From positions 512,001 to 576,000 of the forward strand of contig CAXXSL010000016.1 of assembly GCA_963675525.2 (NCBI GenBank): 64,000 nucleotides of DNA. The letters are read 5' to 3'. A model generated the notes under the pieces. That model saw only the letters and a list, made by a program, of their open reading frames with translations. It did no database searches and had not been told where the DNA came from. Below are positions 50,614-61,678 of this stretch, in pieces (position 1 is the first letter of the stretch; each line of letters starts with the position of its first letter). The translations under genes were made by a program, and so were the position numbers. The DNA is from Anaerohalosphaeraceae bacterium. GTDB taxonomy: Bacteria > Planctomycetota > Phycisphaerae > Sedimentisphaerales > Anaerohalosphaeraceae.

Positions 50614-52779
50614 TTAGCTGGCTTCGGGTTCCGGCAGGTTACCTGCCTGGCATGACTGGTAGACCTGCAGACAAACCTGTTGAAGCTCTTCGACCATTTC
50701 CTTTGTTTTTTCTGCAACGGTGGGCTTTAGAATAACCGATTGCTGTAATGCATCTATTTTTTTTCTGAAATCCTGATTACCCCATACCTGTCCGACTTTT
50801 GATATGACTTTGAGGATCTCACCGGCCTGCCTAAAATCGGCATCTGCCAGTACCCGCTGCAGTTCCTGCACCAATTCGGGCAGCATTTGCGTCAGCTCTT
50901 CCGGGTTCAGAATTCCACCGAGCAGCCCGTCCGCTTCCGTCTCCGTCTCACTGGGGGCGGTCTCTTCAGAGGTGTCCGTATTGCTGCGAAGCATCTTCAT
51001 CTTTTTTTCACAAACATTTTGCTGAAGAACTTCCGAAATGGCTTCATAAAGACGCTGACGTGACAGCGGTTTAGTCAGATAACCGGTGCAGCCGGCAGCC
51101 AATGCCTGGTCTTTTTGGATTTCACCGTATTCATCAATTACAATAATCGGAGTCTCAATACCTTGTTCTTTTAATTTGCGGACGACGGATATTCCCTGGC
51201 AGTTCTCTAAGGACAGATTCAGCAGAATGAGATCGAACTCATTCTTTGCGATCTTCTCAAATAATTGCGAGGCATTGCCGCATGTTTTTACATCCAGACC
51301 TGTCCGCCGTAACAGAAGGTTCGTTGTAAGCTGACTGGGAATATTCTCTTCAGCCAGAAGAATCCGCCCGTCATACTGCTGCTGCAGCACATCTTCCTTC
51401 CGGCTTTTCCTGCCGAGTTCGGGAAGTCCACAGGCCGCCCCTTCGATTTGTGTTAAAAGCGGTATGGTTATTGAAAATGTCGCTCCTTCGCCCTGCTGAC
51501 TTGTCAGGCCGATATGCCCGCCCAGAAGCTCCGTCAGTTGCTTGGTAATCGTCAATCCGAGGCCGGTGCCACCAAATTTTCGAGCGGTCGACATCTCTTC
51601 CTGTGAATAGGATTTAAAAATAGCCTCCTGTTTTTCCGGGCTGATGCCAATCCCGGTATCCTGTATATCAAAACGTATCCGCGCACAGTCGCCCTGCTGT
51701 TCTACATTGGCATATAATGCCACATGGCCCTGTTCGGTAAACTTGACAGCATTTCCGATCAGATTGATCAGGCACTGTTTCAGGCGCAACGGATCGGTAA
51801 AGATCGTTTGGGGCAGATGCGGATCCAACTGCACGATAAACTCCAGCCCCTTGCGGCGTGCACCGGCTTCTATCATGGCCTGAATATCGCTGATAAGTTC
51901 CGTCAGATCACAGGCAATAATCTCGATGTTCATTTTGCCGGCCTCCAACTTGGAGAACTCGAGGATATCATTAATCAGTGCCAGCAATCCACTGGCCGAT
52001 CGATGAATGGTGTTGGCATAATCGGCCTGTTCATCATCTAATTCCGTCTGTAGAAGTAAATCTGAAAATCCAATAATTGAATTCATGGGAGTTCGCAAAT
52101 CATGACTGGAACTGGCAAGGATTTCACTTTTCGCCTGATTGGATCGATGTGCCTGCTCGGCAGATTCTTTGGCTTTTTCGGCAGCAACTTTCAGCTGCTC
52201 ATTGGCAATTTCAATTTCCTGTTTGGCGCGAACCAGACGATCTTCGGCCTTTTTTCGCTCGGTAATATTCTGAGCAAACACCATCACACCGGAGATGGTT
52301 CCGTATTTTTTATTTCTAAGCGGAATACGGTCTACCACTGCCCAGTAATTGTTCCCGTCAAAGCTTTTAAACGAACGAAGCTGATGGCGGATCGGCTGGC
52401 CCGATTGGATCACCTCATTATCCTGTTGGCGGGAACGCTCGGCGCCGTCGGGGAAAAGTTCATAATAATTCTTCCCGACCAACTCCTGCATGGGCCTGCC
52501 AACGGAATCGGCGGCACATTGATTGACACGAAGAATTTTTCCTTCCGGGTTTCGGTACCAAATCATCGCCGGTACGGAATCGAAAATCGTTACAAACTCC
52601 TGACGTGATTTTTTGAGCTTTTTAACCACCTGAGCACTGTACTCTTCGCATCGGCTCAGCTTTTCTTCGGCCTGCTGCAACTGTTCTTTGAGCTGACGAA
52701 TGACATCAATCGCCTGTTCACCGTCAACTAATGATTCGATCTCAGGCCCAAGGACTTCTTTTTTTATATCATCATCCAT
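50614..52779 (-). CDS. Hybrid histidine kinase PAS-HisKA-HATPase-REC with degenerate receiver
   Basis: SHDLRTPMN, NLIGNAVKFT, DTGIGI, GGTGLGL; receiver reads DLILLNLS. Confidence 0.93.
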   Translation of the reverse strand: MDDDIKKEVLGPEIESLVDGEQAIDVIRQLKEQLQQAEEKLSRCEEYSAQVVKKLKKSRQEFVTIFDSVPAMIWYRNPEGKILRVNQCAADSVGRPMQELVGKNYYELFPDGAERSRQQDNEVIQSGQPIRHQLRSFKSFDGNNYWAVVDRIPLRNKKYGTISGVMVFAQNITERKKAEDRLVRAKQEIEIANEQLKVAAEKAKESAEQAHRSNQAKSEILASSSHDLRTPMNSIIGFSDLLLQTELDDEQADYANTIHRSASGLLALINDILEFSKLEAGKMNIEIIACDLTELISDIQAMIEAGARRKGLEFIVQLDPHLPQTIFTDPLRLKQCLINLIGNAVKFTEQGHVALYANVEQQGDCARIRFDIQDTGIGISPEKQEAIFKSYSQEEMSTARKFGGTGLGLTITKQLTELLGGHIGLTSQQGEGATFSITIPLLTQIEGAACGLPELGRKSRKEDVLQQQYDGRILLAEENIPSQLTTNLLLRRTGLDVKTCGNASQLFEKIAKNEFDLILLNLSLENCQGISVVRKLKEQGIETPIIVIDEYGEIQKDQALAAGCTGYLTKPLSRQRLYEAISEVLQQNVCEKKMKMLRSNTDTSEETAPSETETEADGLLGGILNPEELTQMLPELVQELQRVLADADFRQAGEILKVISKVGQVWGNQDFRKKIDALQQSVILKPTVAEKTKEMVEELQQVCLQVYQSCQAGNLPEPEAS

Positions 52780-52963
52780 TCAGAATTTCCCTTCAGCTCC
52801 GCACAATCTGACAATTGATTAAATGCATTGTCCTACTTGCCAGGCTCTGCGTCAACATTTTCCTGAAGATTATTCGCATTTTCATACACATCGCCTCCTC
52901 TCCAGAGAGCGGTTTTAGGCCTCACTTCAACGGCTTCGGCAACCTGTCCCGGCAGGCAATACC

Positions 52964-53593
52964 TTACTTTTGTTCCATCAGCTGTTCGGCCTTTCGTGAA
53001 ACGGCTTTAAGCTGCTCATTGCATCTTTCGATTTCTTTTTTAGCGTGAACAAGACGCTCTTCGGCTATTTTTTTTTCGGTCACGTCCTGAACAAATATCA
53101 TCACGCCGGTTATTTCGCCATCCTCGTTCTTGAGCGGAATATGGTCCTCGGAAGCCCAACGCACCAATCCTTCTTTTGTTTTAAATCGTCTCAAGCATCC
53201 CTTTATCGACTGGCCGGTGGTCATGATCTCTAAGTCCTGTTGACGTGACAGTTTGGTCCCCTCTGTCACCAAATCGTAATAGTTCTTTCCGATAAGCTCA
53301 CGTACCGTCATCCCTACCTGATCGGCAGCGGGCTGATTGGCACGAAGGATCTTTCCCTGTCCGTCACAGTACCAAATCGCAGCGGGAACCGAATCGAAAA
53401 TCATCAGGAAATCACGACGTGACTTTTTGAGTATCTGAACAAATTTTAATTTTTCCTCTTCGCTTTCCATAAACCCCTGTTTGGCATGTTTCAGGCCATT
53501 TTGAAGCTGGTCAAGAAACTGTCCGGCGGAATCGGAAAACGCTGATTCTTTGCCACAGGGCTGATGACTTGTTTTATTAATGTATTCTCCCAT
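52964..53593 (-). CDS. Stand-alone PAS/coiled-coil protein, paralog of the kinase N-terminus
   Basis: IFDSVPA.IWY and GKNYY.L shared with 50614-52779. Confidence 0.8.
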   Translation of the reverse strand: MGEYINKTSHQPCGKESAFSDSAGQFLDQLQNGLKHAKQGFMESEEEKLKFVQILKKSRRDFLMIFDSVPAAIWYCDGQGKILRANQPAADQVGMTVRELIGKNYYDLVTEGTKLSRQQDLEIMTTGQSIKGCLRRFKTKEGLVRWASEDHIPLKNEDGEITGVMIFVQDVTEKKIAEERLVHAKKEIERCNEQLKAVSRKAEQLMEQK

Positions 53594-53921
53594 TACATAC
53601 TCCAAAAGATGTTTTAAATGACGCTTGTCGAACAAGCGAGACTTCAACGGACTAAGATTGCGAACTGTCAGATCATCTGTTCAGAAAAACAGATAACCGG
53701 CGAACCGCAACCTTCCCTCGCCGAAAAAATCTCTGTTTAATGAAAGACAGAAAAAGACTTGTGCGACAGTTGCACCATGCATTTAAACCTTTAACACATA
53801 GTATATCGGGTAAACAAAGAATTGACTTGATGGGGATTAATACCTAATTTTCAAGAAAATGCGACTTTTATCGCTCACTTGGATTGAAAATCGATCGATC
53901 TTTTTTGTCATTTCCGACGGT

Positions 53922-54569
53922 TCAGGTCGTCGTGATCCCTTCGCGTATGGCATATTTGGTCAATCCGGCAATATTACGAATTCCCAGTTTCTCCATAATA
54001 TGTTCGCGGTGAGAGTCGATCGTTTTAGGGCTTAAATGCAGCGTTACGGCAATTTCTTTCGTTGTATGTCCTTCGGCCACAAGCTGCAGTACTTCCCGCT
54101 CCCGCTTGCTGAGCCCGTCGCCCTCGAGCCATTTGGGGTTTGTAATAATGTTGATATAATCGGAGAAAACAACTTTTGATATTTTTGAACACAGGAATGT
54201 TTTTCCTGAGAGCATCAATTTGATGCCGTCGACCAATTCCTCAAATGCCGACTCTTTGAGCATATAGCCGGAAGCCCCTGATTTGATCATTTTGGCGACA
54301 ATCGTTCCTTCTGAATGTGTTGACAGGGCCATGATCTTAATCTTGGGATTCCTGGAAAGGATTTGCCGGGTCGCTTCAATGCCGTTAAGGTTCGGCATTC
54401 CGATATCCATGATAACAACCTCCGGCCGAAGTTCATAAACCAACTCCAAAGCCTTGCGCCCATCAGCGGCCTGTCCGACAACTTCAAACTCGGCATGTTT
54501 ACGAAGCAGTGCGCGCATTCCCTCGCGCATGATTTCATGATCGTCAACCAATAATACTTTTATAGACAT
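53922..54569 (-). CDS. NarL/LuxR-family response regulator
   Basis: VDDH, MDIGMP, LSKREREVL, SPKTIDSHR. Confidence 0.95.
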   Translation of the reverse strand: MSIKVLLVDDHEIMREGMRALLRKHAEFEVVGQAADGRKALELVYELRPEVVIMDIGMPNLNGIEATRQILSRNPKIKIMALSTHSEGTIVAKMIKSGASGYMLKESAFEELVDGIKLMLSGKTFLCSKISKVVFSDYINIITNPKWLEGDGLSKREREVLQLVAEGHTTKEIAVTLHLSPKTIDSHREHIMEKLGIRNIAGLTKYAIREGITTT

Positions 54570-54828
54570 AGCCCAATCCCTCTACTTGCTGGCGCTTTAC
54601 ACCTTTTATTATTAACGCCGGCCCTCTTTTTACTGCTACAATTTAAACCCTGTTCATAATAAATGCAATATCTTTTTGTTCTTCATTCGGGGTATTTTCC
54701 AATTAATCGCTTGTATGGTTTTCTTTAGAATCCTCATAACTTCTTTTTTTGAATAAAGTTACGGGTTATCTGGCCGCAGGTAGGGGGGCATACAGAGGGA
54801 TTCGAGATTTATATTATGTTCGCGCTCT

Positions 54829-55983
54829 TTAGTGGCATATCTGGCCAACGTGCCCGCTTCGCAAGTCAGCGATCAAATTGAGCATTTTGTCGGCCTGACA
54901 CCGAATCCGCTCGTCGGGATGCGTGACGCGTGCATTCCATTTACGATACTCCTGATTGAGCCTGCTTCGGAATGTCTCCTCATCCATGGATTCATCAATA
55001 CCAAGCAAGAAGGAGGGATTTTCAATTCGACAGTCTGACATCAACAGTATCTTTTGACAGGAAGATAATAATCGGCTCTGCTGAATCCCCAGGTTTCGGG
55101 ATATCCCAATGAGATGATCAGTTTGTCCTGTAGTAATTGCTTTACCCTCGACAATCACCTTCAGAATCAGTTCAATCGCAGCGAATCTGTCGGTTTGGTC
55201 GCCATGGGCCAGCAGTCGATCGACTGCCTGTTCGATGCTCGATACATTGTCGGCGGTTTGAACAGATTGGAACCATTCTGCCAGCCGGTCCGCGACAGGA
55301 AAACTTTGTGCTTTTTGATCAACCCATTCGGTAATCCGCTGTTTTGCCTGTTCGGCTAACGTCTCCCCGGGCGCCCCAACCATTGCGGCCAGTTGAACGG
55401 AGGATTTGAGTACCATCAGCTTTCGGTCCTGAATTTCCTTATAGCCGTCCCGGCAGTGAATATATTCGATCATTTGCTGATCGGAAATTAAGATCTCACC
55501 GGTCTGGCGGTCCAGAACAGAAACTTTGAACAATAATTTTCGGCGTCCGCGACAAGCAAATCGCAACACATGACACGGAATTTTAATGATTGTCATCCAG
55601 GATACCAGAACGGCATTTTTTTTCGGAACAATCCCATTATGTGTGCTATAAAAAAATCCGGGATATTTCGCAGCACGATACTGCGGGTCCACTGACAAAA
55701 CCGGTACCGGATGAAAATATCCATCCGTAACATCGGTTATTTCCACAGAGACATCCGTATCCATATTGTCACAGGGGGTGGGTATTCGCCCGATCATCTG
55801 AACAGAAAAAACACTGTCCTGATTGATCGGTTGCGATTCATTTATCAGGCATTCGGCTTTGCAGGTAAACTTGTAACGGCTCATGCCGCCCAAACACTGC
55901 AACAGGACCGGCCGCAAAGGCGAAAACCAAAGCGCTGTCAGTCCTAAGAGAGCAATACATAAAACCGTTATTCCAATCGTCAT
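54829..55983 (-). CDS. Membrane-anchored TerB-like / J-domain-like (DjlA-like) protein
   Basis: N-terminal TM helix; C-terminal LGID...YRKWNARVTHPD. Confidence 0.65.
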   Translation of the reverse strand: MTIGITVLCIALLGLTALWFSPLRPVLLQCLGGMSRYKFTCKAECLINESQPINQDSVFSVQMIGRIPTPCDNMDTDVSVEITDVTDGYFHPVPVLSVDPQYRAAKYPGFFYSTHNGIVPKKNAVLVSWMTIIKIPCHVLRFACRGRRKLLFKVSVLDRQTGEILISDQQMIEYIHCRDGYKEIQDRKLMVLKSSVQLAAMVGAPGETLAEQAKQRITEWVDQKAQSFPVADRLAEWFQSVQTADNVSSIEQAVDRLLAHGDQTDRFAAIELILKVIVEGKAITTGQTDHLIGISRNLGIQQSRLLSSCQKILLMSDCRIENPSFLLGIDESMDEETFRSRLNQEYRKWNARVTHPDERIRCQADKMLNLIADLRSGHVGQICH

Positions 55984-55995
55984 CGTAGAATCACA

Positions 55996-57543
55996 TCACT
56001 GAACCTTAAACGTATCCATTTCCTGTATCGTCTTATCGGCGGCACTTTTCTTGAACTGGCCGTCTTCTTCGGCGCAAAATTCAACTTCCAGTGTTCGACC
56101 CGATTCCTGATCCAAAAACGTACAATGCATTCGTTGGTTAACATCGTAACTGTATCGCACGTGTATCGGTTGATTAGCGGGTCGGTCCGGCGGCAGTTCA
56201 AAAACCTCCGAGGCAATTTTGTTAACATAAAGAGGATCTTCGTCCTCACCTTGTGTAATCGCTACATGCAGTTCACTCTGTCCATCAGTCATGGTATAAA
56301 ATGTCTGTGTCTCTTCGCAAGGCAATGGTGTATTCTTCTTAAGAATAATCGAGTTTCGAATCACGTGTTTCCCGGTTTCTTCGTCGATGGGCGCGCAGAT
56401 CGTTCCATAGCTGTGGTTGCAAACATCCTCAAACTGAACATCCTTCAGGCCGGAAACGATTCCCTGGGATACCTTTTCAGGTGCATCGCGCATCAGTGTC
56501 AGACCGGCATGGATCGCTGCTCCGAGAGCGACACATTCATCGACATTCACCGCGATCTCCGGTTCAAAGCCGAACTTTTCCTTAAGACGCCGACGGACGA
56601 TGGGCATACGCGTACTTCCGCCCACCAGCAGAACCTTCTGGATTTCCGATACGTTGGATTTGGCTTCTTCCAGTGCGACCTCAATCAGAATTTCAGTGCG
56701 GGCAATCAGCGAATCGATCGCCCCTTCATATTGCTCCCGTGTAATTTCGGCCCGCACGGAACCGGCATTACCGTAGAGTATTTTTCGGATAGAGTTTCTT
56801 CGAGACAGTGTTTTCTTGACATCTTCAGCCTCGTCTTCATATTTGGCGCGGTCCTGGTCACTTTGAATCAGCTCTTCATTATATTCCTTCCGATAAGCCT
56901 CTTCGAACAGTTCGACAATCTTTTTGTCGAAATCCACACCACCCAAGGCATGATCGCCCTGACTGCAGGCAATCTTCATATTTTGTCCGTCAATATCGAG
57001 AACGGTGACATCAAACGTACCGCCGCCAAGGTCATAAACCAGCACCCGCCCTTTGACCTGCTGAGTCGTGGCATAATATAATGCGGCCGCCACCGGCTCA
57101 TTGACGATGCCGATCACGTTAAGCCCAGCCAGTATTCCGGCGTCCATCGTTGCTTTTCGGCGAACCTCATCAAAGTGTGCGGGCACAGAGATCACCACGT
57201 CTTCGATCGGGCTTTCAATGGAGCCATCCTGTTTGAGCTTTTTGAGAATAAGACTGGAAATCTCTTCCGGTGTCCAGTTCCTGTCATCGATGGACTTTTC
57301 CCAGTTCTTGTCGCCCATGAACCGTTTGATCCACCGGACAGCCCGATCAGGGTTGAGTTGGCGGCAGTTGACAGCCTCCAAGCCGACACGAATCGCCCCG
57401 GCTTCTTCATCGTCAAAATACACCGCCGACGGTGTAATCCGTTCCCCTTCACTGTTGGGAACAATTTCAGGGCGTCCAATTCCGTTCAGTCGTGCCAGTG
57501 CCGAAAACGTTGTTCCTAAATCTATTCCTGCAATTGTACTCAT
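55996..57543 (-). CDS. Short Hsp70-family protein
   Basis: GIDLGTT, VPAHF, NEPVAAA, DLGGGTFD, VGGSTRMP. Confidence 0.95.
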   Translation of the reverse strand: MSTIAGIDLGTTFSALARLNGIGRPEIVPNSEGERITPSAVYFDDEEAGAIRVGLEAVNCRQLNPDRAVRWIKRFMGDKNWEKSIDDRNWTPEEISSLILKKLKQDGSIESPIEDVVISVPAHFDEVRRKATMDAGILAGLNVIGIVNEPVAAALYYATTQQVKGRVLVYDLGGGTFDVTVLDIDGQNMKIACSQGDHALGGVDFDKKIVELFEEAYRKEYNEELIQSDQDRAKYEDEAEDVKKTLSRRNSIRKILYGNAGSVRAEITREQYEGAIDSLIARTEILIEVALEEAKSNVSEIQKVLLVGGSTRMPIVRRRLKEKFGFEPEIAVNVDECVALGAAIHAGLTLMRDAPEKVSQGIVSGLKDVQFEDVCNHSYGTICAPIDEETGKHVIRNSIILKKNTPLPCEETQTFYTMTDGQSELHVAITQGEDEDPLYVNKIASEVFELPPDRPANQPIHVRYSYDVNQRMHCTFLDQESGRTLEVEFCAEEDGQFKKSAADKTIQEMDTFKVQ

Positions 57544-57559
57544 GTTTGATTCCTCTTTC

Positions 57560-58942
57560 TTATTTGGCATCGTACAACTTTACTTGCGCACAACGCACAA
57601 TTTTTACGTCATCATCATTAATCAAATATTGGTAACCGGGGCGTGCGATCTCCGCAATGCAGCCGATCAGTGATTCATCCTCTGTCGGAACACGCTGACG
57701 AACCGCCTCGACATATTTTTCAAGCCCTTTAAAGGGCGATTTCAAATCCGGATTAAATTGCTCGATCCCGCTGGATTCCAACCCAAAAACAAGCTCGTCG
57801 CGAATATCTTCCAGACACGCTGTCAATTCAGAGCCTGGTTCATTCAGCCGTGTGATGCGATCGTCAATATTGTCAATGGAACGAATCACTCGCATACAAA
57901 ATCTGCGAATGATCATCCAATCGTAGCCATCCTGGAGTTTTCTGACCTGATCCTGCTGCTGGGCGGCAAACTGACGAATGGCCGAAACTTCTTCGGTCAG
58001 TTCCGTCAGTTCTTTGGTCAGCGGTTCGGTTGTCATCAGCGATTCCAGAGATGCGGATTCATCCGCATCGATAGCCCAGCCAAAATACGGATCTTTCGAT
58101 GGTCTGTCCTCTTCGAACACCGCCTGTGATGATGCAGATAATTTAGATAACGATTTTTTGCCGGTTTCCGAATCAGCGGTTGTGGTTTCAGATTTACTTG
58201 AACCCTTTTTAATTGATTCAAAATAACCTGGGGTTCGTCTAGCAGAAGAAGGTGTTTCTTTCTGATCCTCCTGATTTTGAGTATCTTCTGTGTCTGGGGT
58301 GGGCTGAGAGGTATCCTCGGTATCGGCCTGAGGTTCTGTCTCGTCCGGTTGTTCCGACAACGCCGGTTTGTCGTCTGTTTCGAGGGTTTCCTGGAAATGT
58401 TTTTCTATGACCTCACGCGCTTCTTCTCTGGAGCGGCGAATCCTGCCAAGACAACTGGAAATCAAAACATTTCCTGCCCCCCCTGCGATGATCACTCCGC
58501 TACAGGCAAAAAGAAATACTGTTGCGATAAAAATCGCATCAGCCTTTTTGCATTCACTGCGATACAGTTCGACTTCGCTTCGCCAACCGTAGCCATACAA
58601 GACCTCGGCCAACTCCTCGGGACACTGCTTCAGTCCTTTATCTAAATCCGGAACATCCGCCAGCAAACGAGCCGATTGTCCATCTTTCAAGCGTTTCTGA
58701 ATTTCGGGGCCTCCATAGGGATCCTGTCCCCACGGGTTTTCGGCTTTTTCTTCCGGCGGCAAGCTGATCCAGCGGTCATACATGGTCAGATACTCTTCCG
58801 TCGCCGGGTTTTCAGCCGTTATCCGGGCAGCTTGGGCAATTCGGTCATTTAAGGCTTTTCGCTGCGCATGATGATAGCCCAGTCCTACCGCACCGGTTAC
58901 CATCAGGATCAATGCCCATAATATCCATGTGTGTTTTTTCAT
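57560..58942 (-). CDS. Two-TM membrane protein with C-terminal GrpE domain
   Basis: Two hydrophobic segments, acidic linker, LESSGIEQF...IAEIARPGY...VRCAQVKL. Confidence 0.75.
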   Translation of the reverse strand: MKKHTWILWALILMVTGAVGLGYHHAQRKALNDRIAQAARITAENPATEEYLTMYDRWISLPPEEKAENPWGQDPYGGPEIQKRLKDGQSARLLADVPDLDKGLKQCPEELAEVLYGYGWRSEVELYRSECKKADAIFIATVFLFACSGVIIAGGAGNVLISSCLGRIRRSREEAREVIEKHFQETLETDDKPALSEQPDETEPQADTEDTSQPTPDTEDTQNQEDQKETPSSARRTPGYFESIKKGSSKSETTTADSETGKKSLSKLSASSQAVFEEDRPSKDPYFGWAIDADESASLESLMTTEPLTKELTELTEEVSAIRQFAAQQQDQVRKLQDGYDWMIIRRFCMRVIRSIDNIDDRITRLNEPGSELTACLEDIRDELVFGLESSGIEQFNPDLKSPFKGLEKYVEAVRQRVPTEDESLIGCIAEIARPGYQYLINDDDVKIVRCAQVKLYDAK

Positions 58943-59239
58943 GTAATCGCTACCTCTTGCCGGTCTTCGAAATTTTCATCCTTATCGACCTCTTCTTTAT
59001 AACTTAAGTAACGCTGATGTATCGGTCAAATCAGATATCAAAACAAGCAAAACAGACGATCGGTTTATTCGCGGTTTGAGCAGCATATCTCTAAGCTTTT
59101 TTTTAACAGGCTGTTATGAAAACACCGCCCGATAATAACGTTGTTTCCAAAGAACGCGTTCTTTGGGGTAAAATCATAAACCTACTGAAAGGACCGATAA
59201 CGGAATTGGTTTCGGAGAGCTCGGGCTAAATGTAACCGA

Positions 59240-61138
59240 TTAGTTTTTTTGGGGAAGCGTACTGAGTATTTCACGGGCCTGTTCAGCAAAAATGTCGTCG
59301 GGATACTTATCGACAACTTCAAATTCACTTAATATTGTCCGGGTTTCAGTCAAAAGCCGCTGTTTAATTTCCTCGGATATCCCTGGTTCTTTCCACAGTT
59401 GTATTTTGACCAATGCCAGTTGGTAGAGTGCCCGAATTCCGCCATCGGTTTCCGGATAATTTTCAGCCAAATCAGCAAGCATTTGCTGACGCTGTTTGGC
59501 ATCTTCGATAAGCATGATTTTTTCCAAGCGGACATTATCTCGCAACGGACTATCCTGAGACATTTGCGTCAAAAGGACATCCAGGCGGGCGTCATATTCC
59601 ATACTGTGCGGATTCAGAATAACAAAGCCGGCCAACTGGCGTTTTGTTATCTCGCTGCTGCCTCGATTTTCTTCACGAATCAACCGCCGCAGACGTTTGA
59701 GACGAATTTCCAGGTCTCGCAGTTTAAACGAAGTCATGACTGTCTTAGCCGGCTCCTGAAAGACACTAAACACAGAATCTTTCTCAGCAGATGCCGATTC
59801 GACCAATGCCTGGTTGTTGAGATAGTCGCGAATCTTCAACAAGGCCACTTCGCATAATTCGTCCGCTTTTTCAAAGTTCTCTTTTCCGGCTTCGTGCATG
59901 GCAATTCGCCATCGCGCCTCAAACGATTCGGGGCTCTGGGGAAATTTATCATACAACTCCTGCCATATCAGGATATTATCATAAAATGGATAATCACTGT
60001 AAAACCGCAGTATCTCAGTCTTCCCAAAATATCGAATGTCGGGATGATATTCATTGAGTATTGCTTTGAAATATAACGCGATCGCCACTCGCTTGCTGTC
60101 TTTCCAGCGTTTCATGAAAATATCATACCGATTAATGAGCCAGCGGCGTTTGGCTTGATATTTCAGGTAGTCCGGCAACCGTTTTTGAAACCAATCCCAT
60201 TCGGGCCAGCGGTCATAAACCAGAAGGTTTTGTATCTCTTCCTTCAGCTTTTCACGCAGGAGAATGGGCTCGATCGGATAAAACCGGCCAACGAGAAAAC
60301 TGCGCAGTGCATCGTCCTTAATGATATTATCAATGGTTGGGGAAACATTGTTGTCATGAAACTCCACTGTATCTTCAGGGTTATTGCCGGCGACATTTCT
60401 CTGATAGTCCAACTCAGCAAACCCAATGTGCCTCTGGAAAACAGCGAAGGCAACCGCCAGCAGCACAAGGCTGAATATCCAGATCAGGCCGGGTTTATAG
60501 CGTGTGAAATGGCCGATGCCCAAAACCAGTGTGGCCATGAACAAACCGCTGAGCCATGCATAGATCCACGGCGCAAATGAAAACCCCCAGCGAACCGGGT
60601 CCACGGTGGCATAACCACCCCAGGCGGCCCAGTAAACAAGCTGTGGTGCCATGCACAGGGCAACGGATATAAACCGCGAACGAAAGCGCAGCGGCCGGCA
60701 TGCTACCGCAAGACAACTGAGGAATACAAACAGACTAAACAAATGCAATCCGGCGACCAGCAGGACCGCCAGAATCATCGGCACACTGTAGCGAAAACTG
60801 AGCAACTGTGACACCAGCACCGGAACGGTCGCGATCATCCCCATCAGTATCCCCAAGACGATAATATGCCAGGGGTACTCATAGATGCTGATGGGGCTGA
60901 CGGTAAAATGACCGAGCCGGAATGACAACGGATTGATCAGTTCCGTAAAGTCCAGCAAGGGCCTGTCAGACAACAGGGAATGCCAAAAGACACAGGTGAT
61001 GATGAAAAAGACGATACTCAGCATCCAACACCACAGAACGTCGGTGTGGCTGTAATGCAGCGTCGGGCCGGCCGTCATAAAAGACTTCGCCGGCGCAGGC
61101 GATGCCGCTGCTGCTTTGGGTTTATTGTCATCTGCCAT
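59240..61138 (-). CDS. Polytopic membrane protein with helical (TPR-like) C-terminal region
   Basis: Several TM segments, then KFPQSPE and ENYPETD helical-repeat motifs. Confidence 0.7.
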   Translation of the reverse strand: MADDNKPKAAAASPAPAKSFMTAGPTLHYSHTDVLWCWMLSIVFFIITCVFWHSLLSDRPLLDFTELINPLSFRLGHFTVSPISIYEYPWHIIVLGILMGMIATVPVLVSQLLSFRYSVPMILAVLLVAGLHLFSLFVFLSCLAVACRPLRFRSRFISVALCMAPQLVYWAAWGGYATVDPVRWGFSFAPWIYAWLSGLFMATLVLGIGHFTRYKPGLIWIFSLVLLAVAFAVFQRHIGFAELDYQRNVAGNNPEDTVEFHDNNVSPTIDNIIKDDALRSFLVGRFYPIEPILLREKLKEEIQNLLVYDRWPEWDWFQKRLPDYLKYQAKRRWLINRYDIFMKRWKDSKRVAIALYFKAILNEYHPDIRYFGKTEILRFYSDYPFYDNILIWQELYDKFPQSPESFEARWRIAMHEAGKENFEKADELCEVALLKIRDYLNNQALVESASAEKDSVFSVFQEPAKTVMTSFKLRDLEIRLKRLRRLIREENRGSSEITKRQLAGFVILNPHSMEYDARLDVLLTQMSQDSPLRDNVRLEKIMLIEDAKQRQQMLADLAENYPETDGGIRALYQLALVKIQLWKEPGISEEIKQRLLTETRTILSEFEVVDKYPDDIFAEQAREILSTLPQKN

Positions 61139-61387
61139 TTTCGGATCCCCTGCCAATGTTAAAAATCGGCGTTTTGTTTAGAATCCAACAGTTTGCATTC
61201 AACTCACGGGTCCGATAATCATCAAACCCGATAGATTAATACGGAATATTATACTGAGCCGGTTAAGCAGAAGAAAGAAAAATCTTGCCGCACTTAAACG
61301 CTTTTCTTTGTCTTGTTTTTCAATTTAAGATTGAAACCTACCGAAATATTGATTAGGATAAATAAAGGAATTTTTGGAGTTGTTACT

Positions 61388-61678
61388 ATGGTCGCAAACG
61401 TGTTTTTAAGAGAATATCGGAATTCGATTCTTTCCATCGCGCAAAGTCACGGCATGAGTCATGTGCGCGTATTCGGTTCCATGGCAAGAAATGTCGATAC
61501 CGATGACAGCGACATTGACCTGCTTGTAAAAATTGACCCCCAACGCTCGCTGCTGGATATTATCGACGCCAAACACCAAATCGAAGACCTGACCAATCGC
61601 CGTGTGGACATTGTCACGGAAGCGGCCCTGTCCCCTTACATGCAAACCGAAGTCCTTCAATCCGCCGTGGAACTATGA
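61388..61678 (+). CDS. Minimal nucleotidyltransferase antitoxin (MntA-like)
   Basis: FGSMAR...DSDIDLLV; ATGA overlap with the HEPN gene. Confidence 0.9.
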   Translation: MVANVFLREYRNSILSIAQSHGMSHVRVFGSMARNVDTDDSDIDLLVKIDPQRSLLDIIDAKHQIEDLTNRRVDIVTEAALSPYMQTEVLQSAVEL

